Below are positions 57,236 through 64,000 of a stretch of 64,000 bases of DNA, piece after piece; position 1 is the stretch's first letter; every line of letters begins with the position of its first letter. Source of the stretch: Candidatus Obscuribacteraceae bacterium (lineage in GTDB: Bacteria > Cyanobacteriota > Vampirovibrionia > Obscuribacterales > Obscuribacteraceae); contig JBGASG010000004.1 in the NCBI GenBank assembly GCA_044229845.1, positions 320,001 through 384,000 on the forward strand. The letters are read 5' to 3'. The position numbers and the translations under genes are program-made. The notes below the pieces were generated by a model. The model saw only the letters and a program-made list of their open reading frames with translations. It was not told where the DNA came from and did no database searches.

Positions 57236-57849
57236 TGAAGAAATCCGTTCTCACTTCCGCTTCGCTGATTGCCTTCGTTCTGTGCACGCCGCTAGTGAAG
57301 GCGCAGAATGCCGGCACCGCCGCGACGGGTGATGGCGCCAACACCACACAAACTACGTTTCAGAACAACGGCGCCACGCAAGTGAAGCACGACAACAGCG
57401 CCTTCGACCGGTCTCAACCACTGGGCACCGGACAGGGCGTCGGCAAGGACACGAAGTCGACAAAAACAAAAGACTATCTGGAAAATTCTGAGAATGGAGG
57501 ACTGCCTGAGACTTCTACTAAATTGATGGCTCCAGATTCGGTCAGCCCGAAGCCAATCGGCAGACAGGCTCAGACTCTCGGCTTTCAGAAAGGCATCGAC
57601 GAAGAGTACAAAGGCCCATATCAAACGTCCGGTGCATCCGGCGGCACGCTGCCGTACACGTCGACGGGCGCAGTGGATATCGATATCATCGGCGGCGGCT
57701 CCAGTGGCGGCGGCGTTGATGGCGTTCCGGACGGCGTTCCGGCTTCGCAATGGAAATCCAATAAATCTCAATGGGGCTCATATCAAAACGATGATGCAGC
57801 GCCGACCTACGGATTGGAGGATTCATACGGTTTCATCGGTGACGATTGA
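57235..57849 (+). CDS. Secreted hypothetical protein (paralog 2)
   Basis: TAATG overlap with paralog 1; signal peptide; ATGDGANTT and TSTKLMAPDSVS. Confidence 0.75.
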   Translation: MKKSVLTSASLIAFVLCTPLVKAQNAGTAATGDGANTTQTTFQNNGATQVKHDNSAFDRSQPLGTGQGVGKDTKSTKTKDYLENSENGGLPETSTKLMAPDSVSPKPIGRQAQTLGFQKGIDEEYKGPYQTSGASGGTLPYTSTGAVDIDIIGGGSSGGGVDGVPDGVPASQWKSNKSQWGSYQNDDAAPTYGLEDSYGFIGDD

Positions 57850-57866
57850 TCAGTCAGAGGATTCGC

Positions 57867-58439
57867 ATGATGTTCAAAAAATTACTAGTAGTTATGGCTG
57901 TCAGCCTGGCAATGGCACCGGCTTGCTACGCCCAGGGTGATGTGAACGGCTGGGCCGACACCGGCGACCAGGGCATTCAGCACGACACCGGTCCGACACC
58001 GGGCAATCTCAACAACATAAATGAGAACCCCGATGCCGACAAAACGCGTACCGGCGGTGATGGAGATGCTCGCGTCGGCGGTTACGGTGAAAACAACGGC
58101 ATCGATATCAAGCCGCTCGATCTGCCCGGTCAGGCCAGCAATGGCGGTCCGGACGGCGGGGTCGGTTCAGGCGCGGCAACCGGCATGCCGATTCTCGGGA
58201 CTTTCGTTGCTCCCAACAACCTGGCTTTGAGAAACAACGGCTGGCGTCGCCTGCCGGAAACACGCCTGGACAGTTTCGTCAAAGAATCCGGCTACAACGA
58301 CATGATCTATGGTGATGAAGGGACCGACGGCCCGCCGCCGTATGACGACTTCCTATATATTAATGACGGTATCACCTCCGGCGGTCTGACCACCGGACAC
58401 CCAAGCGATGCGCCGTCTGCCTGGGGCTGGCCCAACTAG
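57867..58439 (+). CDS. Secreted G/D/N-rich hypothetical protein (third member)
   Basis: GAGG RBS; signal peptide; DTGD, LPET, IYGDEGTDGPPPY, LTTGH. Confidence 0.75.
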   Translation: MMFKKLLVVMAVSLAMAPACYAQGDVNGWADTGDQGIQHDTGPTPGNLNNINENPDADKTRTGGDGDARVGGYGENNGIDIKPLDLPGQASNGGPDGGVGSGAATGMPILGTFVAPNNLALRNNGWRRLPETRLDSFVKESGYNDMIYGDEGTDGPPPYDDFLYINDGITSGGLTTGHPSDAPSAWGWPN

Positions 58440-58481
58440 ACCCACCGCACTAAGCAGTCCAATCCATCATGCAAAATCCAC

Positions 58482-58511
58482 ACGGGCGAACTCAGGTTCG
58501 CCCGTCTCTTT
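58482..58511 (+). terminator. Intrinsic terminator after the secreted trio
   Basis: ACGGGCGAAC-TCAG-GTTCGCCCGT-CTCTTT. Confidence 0.75.
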
Positions 58512-58657
58512 ACTGCCACTCGGTACGACAACGCAGCGTTGCACCACATATGGTGCAGGGCGCTCTAGCGCCGAAGAGCCCCGCGGCACGCGCGGCTACA
58601 TTACAGATCGGATGCCAACACGATAAAATGGCTCAACCTTTTAATGGGGGCTATTCG

Positions 58658-59050
58658 ATGTTCCAGGTCATCTCTACTGACAAGGCGCCGCAAGCTGTCG
58701 GTCCTTATTCGCAAGCTGTGATCGCGAACGGTTTTGTCTTCCTTTCAGGACAAATTCCGCTCGACCCGGCCACCGGCACCATCGTCGATGGCTCGATTGC
58801 CGATCAAACAAGGCGAGTGCTCAACAATTTGTCTTCGGTTTTAAAAAGTGTCGGCACCGATCTCGATGCAGTCGTAAAAACAACAGTCTTCATGAAAGAC
58901 CTCGGGCAGTTCGACGAAATGAACAAGACGTACGCTGAATTTTTCACCGGCAACAAGCCGGCCCGCGCGACGGTCGAAGTTTCAAAATTGCCGAAAGGCG
59001 CTAACATCGAAATCGAAGCAATCGCTCTGATCAAAGACTCGCCCAACTAA
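58658..59050 (+). CDS. ridA: RidA/YjgF family reactive intermediate deaminase
   Basis: APQAVGPYSQA, SGQIP, VVKTTVF, PARATV, IEIEAIA. Confidence 0.92.
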   Translation: MFQVISTDKAPQAVGPYSQAVIANGFVFLSGQIPLDPATGTIVDGSIADQTRRVLNNLSSVLKSVGTDLDAVVKTTVFMKDLGQFDEMNKTYAEFFTGNKPARATVEVSKLPKGANIEIEAIALIKDSPN

Positions 59051-59076
59051 CCAGACAGCATTGAGTCGCAACAAAA

Positions 59077-59664
59077 TTGGACGTCCAGTACCTCCCACTT
59101 CACATTTGCGCCGTTCTGGTAGCCTCGATTGCCGTCTACACCGACGTGCGCACGCGCAAGATACCAAATAAGCTGACATTTCCGGCAGCATTCCTGGGTC
59201 TGATTCTCAGCATTATCTGGTATGCCTACAGCTCGACTCTCGGGCTCTGGCCTGCCATCGTAGCTGGTGCACTGCATTCGGTGCTCGGCTGGTTTGCTGG
59301 CGTTGTGCCGATGACCATCATCAAAATCTTTCTGCGTCAGATGGGACACGGCGACACCAAACTGATGGCAGCCATCGGCGCCTTCGTTGGACCGAAGACT
59401 CTCTTCATCATTTTTCTGTACTACAGTTTTTGCTACGGACTGTATGCGATTTTCGCCATCGGCAAGGTGTTTCCGTGGATGCAAGTGTTGATGTCGCAAG
59501 AAGCCGATCGCGCCGGCATCAGTGAAAACATGCCGGACGTCGACTTCAAGGAAGTGACCAAGGCCCGCAAGCAATTGATTCCCGTCGCACCGTTCATTTG
59601 GGGCGGCACAATACTTGGACTCTTGCTCGAACTGCCGACTGAAGCTCTTTTGGGAATTAAGTAG
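59077..59664 (+). CDS. A24 prepilin peptidase (CpaA/TadV-like)
   Basis: TDVRTRKIPN and MGHGDTKL (two catalytic Asp), PVAPFI. Confidence 0.85.
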   Translation: MDVQYLPLHICAVLVASIAVYTDVRTRKIPNKLTFPAAFLGLILSIIWYAYSSTLGLWPAIVAGALHSVLGWFAGVVPMTIIKIFLRQMGHGDTKLMAAIGAFVGPKTLFIIFLYYSFCYGLYAIFAIGKVFPWMQVLMSQEADRAGISENMPDVDFKEVTKARKQLIPVAPFIWGGTILGLLLELPTEALLGIK

Positions 59665-60040
59665 AGCGCGTCCGGATGACGACCTGATCGCCTTCCACTG
59701 TGCCGGTTTCCTTCAGCACTCCCGCCGGCAACTCCAGACAACTGCGCGCACTCAAAAAGTTTCTTGAAAGCTGCCCAGGTTCTATCGAATGAACGAGTCC
59801 GACCACCTTGTAATGTTTGTCCATGAACAGTGCATCGATAGCGTACTGCATGCCGATCATGTGAATCGCGGAGCAGGGATCTATCAAAAGACCCTCGCCC
59901 GCGGGGAGCGAAGTGGTGCCTAAAAGACCGCGCATACGCCCGACGAAGTCATTGGCGACGCGAGTATTTTCAGCCAGCATGACGTCACGAGATTCGTTGT
60001 AGAACGAAACACGATCGCCCGATTTGAGCTTTGTCGCCAC
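59657..60040 (-). CDS. DUF192 family protein
   Basis: RMRGLLG...GLLI.PC..IHM.GM..AID..F...CLELPAG. Confidence 0.85.
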   Translation of the reverse strand: MATKLKSGDRVSFYNESRDVMLAENTRVANDFVGRMRGLLGTTSLPAGEGLLIDPCSAIHMIGMQYAIDALFMDKHYKVVGLVHSIEPGQLSRNFLSARSCLELPAGVLKETGTVEGDQVVIRTRST

Positions 60041-60050
60041 CTGCGGCTAT

Positions 60051-60971
60051 CTACTTGGTACCGAACACAGGTCCCAGTGCCTGCATGATTGTGATGACGG
60101 CTGGTCCAAGCATTGGGCAGAGAATCAGAGGCATAACGAAGAGCATGATTACCGGCACCATTTTGACTGGTACTTTCGATGCTTCTTCTTCTTTCTTACG
60201 CTTCATCTTGTCGCGCAGCGCGATTGCTTGCTGCTTGAGCGGATAGCTGATGTCCGAACCTTTCGATTCTGCGGCGATCAATGAAGAGCAGATCTGCGCC
60301 AGTTCTTCTACACCGCAGCGATCTCCCATGTCTTTGAGAGCTACCGGCACCGGCTTCGCGAATACTTTCACGTCCTGCAGCATCTGAGTGATTTCAGCTG
60401 AAAGAATCGGGCAGGACTCGACGACTTCCTGAGACACTTTCTGCATACACATGAGCAAGCCGAGACCGGCTTGTGCGCAAACGATCAAAAGATCGATGAC
60501 GGTGGGAAGTTCGTTGACCAGCTTGTTCTGGCGCTTTCTCACCCGACCGGCCAGGAAGAAGTTGGGCATCAACCACGACACGGCAACGGCTGGAACGATC
60601 AGCAATACTTTGAAGATTTCGCCGCCCGACGAGATCAAGATGGACAGGGCGAGACCGATGGCCATGATCGCCTTGATACCGATGAATGTCGCCATGTGCT
60701 CCGGAGTCCGGTAGTTGGCGTACATCATCAAGTCTTGCGTACGTTGGTCCACCAGGTTGGGGAACATCTTCAGTACGCTGTCCCCGACCGCTTTCGAGGT
60801 ACTGAGAATCACCGATTCTTTCGGTGCTTCAGCGGCCTGGTTAGTTTCCTTCTTGCGCGGTCTGACACGCACACCATACGCATCGAAGTGTTCTTTGTAG
60901 AGCGGTATGTAGAGCATCAGTCCTACCAATACCACCAACCCGAATGCTAAAAAACCCGCAACAGCTGTCAT
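60051..60971 (-). CDS. tadC: Tad pilus inner membrane protein TadC (T2SSF domain)
   Basis: ELPTVIDLLIVCAQAGLG, EEEASKVPVKMVPVI. Confidence 0.85.
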   Translation of the reverse strand: MTAVAGFLAFGLVVLVGLMLYIPLYKEHFDAYGVRVRPRKKETNQAAEAPKESVILSTSKAVGDSVLKMFPNLVDQRTQDLMMYANYRTPEHMATFIGIKAIMAIGLALSILISSGGEIFKVLLIVPAVAVSWLMPNFFLAGRVRKRQNKLVNELPTVIDLLIVCAQAGLGLLMCMQKVSQEVVESCPILSAEITQMLQDVKVFAKPVPVALKDMGDRCGVEELAQICSSLIAAESKGSDISYPLKQQAIALRDKMKRKKEEEASKVPVKMVPVIMLFVMPLILCPMLGPAVITIMQALGPVFGTK

Positions 60972-60980
60972 AGGATTTGC

Positions 60981-61922
60981 TTACACCTCGAACGTCGTCA
61001 TTTTCAATAGAATCCAGAATCCCAGAAATTCCCACATGATCATGGCAAGGAAGACCAGGCGCGCGATCGGGTGATTCAAGAAGGGAGTGATGTATCCCGG
61101 TGTCATCAGGTAGGTCATTGCTGTAATGAAGTACGGCAGACAACCGATGAACACGGCAGTTGCTTTACCTTGTGCAGTCAGTGCTGCCAGGAAGTCGCGC
61201 AGACGGAATCTTTCACGAATCGCTTCGGCGATTACGGCTACGACGTCTGCCAAGTTTGCACCAACGTCCTGGCTGATGAAGATAGCTTGCGTCAACAGTT
61301 TGAAGTCGGGGGTACGAATACGCGTCGACATCTCGTGCATCACTTCTCTGAACGGTTTGCCGAGCTGCAGCGAAACCAGCGAGCGGCGGAACTCAGAGCG
61401 GATGGGATCGGGCGCTGTTTCAGCCAGAAGCTTGAAACACTCGACGACCGGCGAACCGGCTTTCAGAGAAGACACCATCGATTCCAGAACTTGCGGCAGC
61501 TGCGAAGTCATCTTCGCTTGCCGTTGTTTGACCAGGTGCTTGACGTAGAACACGAAGCCCCAGGCTCCCAGTGCTGGTCCCAGGAAAAGCGACGCCCACA
61601 TCAATTCCGGTGCCTGGAACCAGGCGAGGATGAACATGCCGACGGTGGTGCCGATGGCGGCCATCACCCAGCGTCCTTTCATCTTGTCGTACTGAGATTC
61701 GAGTCCGGCTTGCGCCAGCAATTTGCCGAGGTAGTCGCTGCGCTCTTGCAAGAAGATCGATGCACTGGTGTCGACCAGGCTCGCTTCCTTCTCGGCAATC
61801 CGGCGCTGCTGTTTACCTAGGCGGTTTAGTTCTTCAGTGTAGCCCTGGCGTCCGACCAGCCATGCAACTGTCAGACAGCCAATAATTGAGATGCCGCCAA
61901 AAACTAACCACAGTGTGTCCAT
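60981..61922 (-). CDS. tadB: Tad pilus inner membrane protein TadB (T2SSF domain)
   Basis: QLPQVLESMVSSLKAG, GANLA...IRER....ALTAQGK. Confidence 0.88.
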   Translation of the reverse strand: MDTLWLVFGGISIIGCLTVAWLVGRQGYTEELNRLGKQQRRIAEKEASLVDTSASIFLQERSDYLGKLLAQAGLESQYDKMKGRWVMAAIGTTVGMFILAWFQAPELMWASLFLGPALGAWGFVFYVKHLVKQRQAKMTSQLPQVLESMVSSLKAGSPVVECFKLLAETAPDPIRSEFRRSLVSLQLGKPFREVMHEMSTRIRTPDFKLLTQAIFISQDVGANLADVVAVIAEAIRERFRLRDFLAALTAQGKATAVFIGCLPYFITAMTYLMTPGYITPFLNHPIARLVFLAMIMWEFLGFWILLKMTTFEV

Positions 61923-61994
61923 TCAATTACTCGCTCGTTTATATGGATGAGGGCGGCGCTTTTAACGCCGCCCAATTTCTGATTTTCTTTTTGA

Positions 61995-63602
61995 TTACCG
62001 CAGCCATTCCAGCTTGAACGGAATCGCTTCTTGTTCGATTTGTTCGAGGAACTTGGGCGGCAAACCGGAACCAACGTGACGGCATTTGAAAAATCCGCGT
62101 GGGTCACGACCTTCCCGCTCTAAGTGGAAGAGAGTCGAGATCGCGATGATGTCGCCTTCCATCCCGGTGATTTCCGAGACTTCAGTGACGCGACGGGTAC
62201 CGTCTTCCAGACGTCGAATCTGAATGATCAATTGAATAGCTGATGCGATCAGTTCGCGCGCTGCTTTCGCAGGCATGTCCATACCGCCCATCAGAATCAT
62301 GTTCTCGAGACGCTTCGTGCAGTCGCGTGGTGAGTTGGCGTGAATGGTGGTCATTGAACCAGAGTGACCTGTGTTCATAGCCTGCAACATGTCGAACGCT
62401 TCTTCACCCCGGCATTCTCCCATGATGATGCGGTCGGGGCGCATACGAAGTGTGTTGATGACGAGCTGACGTTGTGTGATTTGACCCTTGCCTTCAATGT
62501 TTGGCGGGCGGGTTTCCATGCGCACCCAGTGCTCGTGTTGCAAGCGCAATTCGGCTGCGTCTTCGATGGTAATGATGCGTTCGCGGGGGTTGATGTGAGC
62601 GGAAAGAGCGTTGAGCAGCGTTGTTTTACCGGAGCCTGTACCACCAGAGATGATGATGTTGATCCGGGCTTTCACGCAGGTCTTCAGCACTTCAGCCATC
62701 TGCAGCGACATAGCGCCTTTCTCGACCAATTGACCGAGAGACATGATCGTCGTACCGAAGCATCGGATTGTCACCGTCGCTCCGTCGATCGATACTGGCG
62801 GGATGGTGGCGTTCACACGTGAACCGTTCGGCAAACGGGCGTCAACCATTGGCGAGTTATCGTCAAGACGTCTGCCCAGGGGCTGAATGATCTTGTCGAT
62901 TGTCTGGCGCAGGTGGCGGTCGTTTTCAAATTGCACCGTCGTTTTTTCAAGACGACCGTGGCGTTCTACATAAATCATGGTCGGCGAGTTGACGCAAATA
63001 TCGCCGATGGACGGGTCTCTCAGTAGAGGACCAAGAGGACCGAATCCGAAGATTTCGTCCAGCACGTTTTGCAGCAAGATACCTTTTTCCATCATGGTCA
63101 AAGGCGCCGGATCGCTGTTGACGATTTCACGGATACGGGCACGCACCTGGGCTTGCGTATCTTCGGAAATCTGGGTCAAACGCGACGTATCCAACTCGCG
63201 GCGCAACTGGTCGATGATCAATTTTTCGCGTTCACGAATCAGAGCCAGGTTGGCTTGAAACTTGCTGGCGTCCTGAGCGTTGGGATCGTGTACCGACTGC
63301 TCATAGTCATCGCGGCGGTCGATGCGTTCGATGTCCGCCTTGCTGACGCCCGGACCTTCCTTAGCGACGGCAGCACCCTGTCCCCCACTGGCGACGCCGG
63401 TTTGCTGACCCTGACCTGCTACGCCCGACGCCGGACCGCGTCCTTGCACGCCGGCTGACTGCTGTTGTCCTTGCAGTCCTGCACCTTGCTGCTGGCTGGG
63501 CGCCACTTCGCCGCCCCCCTGCCGCTGCCGGACAAGCTGACCCATCAAAGAAGATGCCTGTCTAGACGGTAATTGCGCGTCTTTATTTTGGTCGTCGGAC
63601 AT
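61995..63602 (-). CDS. tadA: Tad pilus assembly ATPase CpaF/TadA
   Basis: [63 protein letters not shown]. Confidence 0.94.
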   Translation of the reverse strand: MSDDQNKDAQLPSRQASSLMGQLVRQRQGGGEVAPSQQQGAGLQGQQQSAGVQGRGPASGVAGQGQQTGVASGGQGAAVAKEGPGVSKADIERIDRRDDYEQSVHDPNAQDASKFQANLALIREREKLIIDQLRRELDTSRLTQISEDTQAQVRARIREIVNSDPAPLTMMEKGILLQNVLDEIFGFGPLGPLLRDPSIGDICVNSPTMIYVERHGRLEKTTVQFENDRHLRQTIDKIIQPLGRRLDDNSPMVDARLPNGSRVNATIPPVSIDGATVTIRCFGTTIMSLGQLVEKGAMSLQMAEVLKTCVKARINIIISGGTGSGKTTLLNALSAHINPRERIITIEDAAELRLQHEHWVRMETRPPNIEGKGQITQRQLVINTLRMRPDRIIMGECRGEEAFDMLQAMNTGHSGSMTTIHANSPRDCTKRLENMILMGGMDMPAKAARELIASAIQLIIQIRRLEDGTRRVTEVSEITGMEGDIIAISTLFHLEREGRDPRGFFKCRHVGSGLPPKFLEQIEQEAIPFKLEWLR

Positions 63603-63622
63603 GTGAATTTACCCCGTGAGAC

Positions 63623-64000
63623 TTACTTCTTTTTGGAACCAAAGATGGCCGGGAACTTGAATCCACCGCCACCACCACCGGCGGCAGCGCCCTTGTCGCT
63701 GTCCTTCGTGGTGAGCAGAAGCTGTTCACCACCGGTGATGCGCTTAGCCAGCGATTCCAGTGCCTTACCGAGCGCGGTGTGTCCAGGAGCGATTTGACCC
63801 TGGTTGTTGACCCACTTGGCAGTCTTCGGATCGTTGGGGATTTCATGGAATACGGAATAGTTGAGGTTGGCCCGGCACTCGCTCAGCACGTCCTGCGGCA
63901 ACCATTCGGATCTGTTGATGGTGAGCAGCAGTTTTTCCTGGTTGTAGTGAGCTTTAAATGTATCCAGGCACTTACGGGCGTTCAAAATCGCCGCCCAGTT
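63623..64000 (-). CDS. C-terminal part of a CpaE/TadZ-like pilus assembly protein (truncated by the window edge)
   Basis: Position upstream of tadA; INR..., IPND.......NQG pattern typical of MinD-like C-termini. Confidence 0.7.
   Translation of the reverse strand, partial: NWAAILNARKCLDTFKAHYNQEKLLLTINRSEWLPQDVLSECRANLNYSVFHEIPNDPKTAKWVNNQGQIAPGHTALGKALESLAKRITGGEQLLLTTKDSDKGAAAGGGGGGFKFPAIFGSKKK

Overview
Gene-dense, moderately GC-rich bacterial chromosomal window with about 55 CDS. I found no rRNA, tRNA, CRISPR array, transposase, integrase or prophage gene. A diderm envelope (TolC, RND pump, lipoproteins), a compact SigA-type RpoD, a Tad pilus locus and many secreted hypothetical proteins tentatively suggest a non-photosynthetic Cyanobacteriota relative (Melainabacteria/Obscuribacterales-like); this is inference only. 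Housekeeping genes include dnaG-rpoD, hydA-murQ, trxA, tsaD, a RidA homolog, an Hsp15/S4 protein and a DivIC-like protein. Metal handling includes a CzcCBA/CusCBA-type pump and a His/Met-rich membrane protein followed by CopA. The best candidate for an undescribed system is a tightly packed 8-gene minus-strand operon (about 20.9-32.2 kb) headed by a Fur/Zur-type palindrome. It encodes a ParB/Srx-motif protein, a CooC-like ATPase, a fold-III PLP decarboxylase, a cysteine-synthase/rhodanese fusion, a SufS-like desulfurase, an FAD oxidoreductase, a GNAT-methyltransferase fusion and a BT1-family MFS transporter, which looks like a metal-regulated pathway for a sulfur-containing small molecule without NRPS or NIS enzymes. 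Other highlights are an FtsH-like protease with three intact tandem AAA+ modules, a sugar dehydrogenase-aminotransferase fusion lacking both catalytic residues, three tandem WCGPC thioredoxins with different targeting signals, three related secreted low-complexity proteins, and several long intergenic hairpins. All functional calls come from manual motif recognition; no database searches were run.
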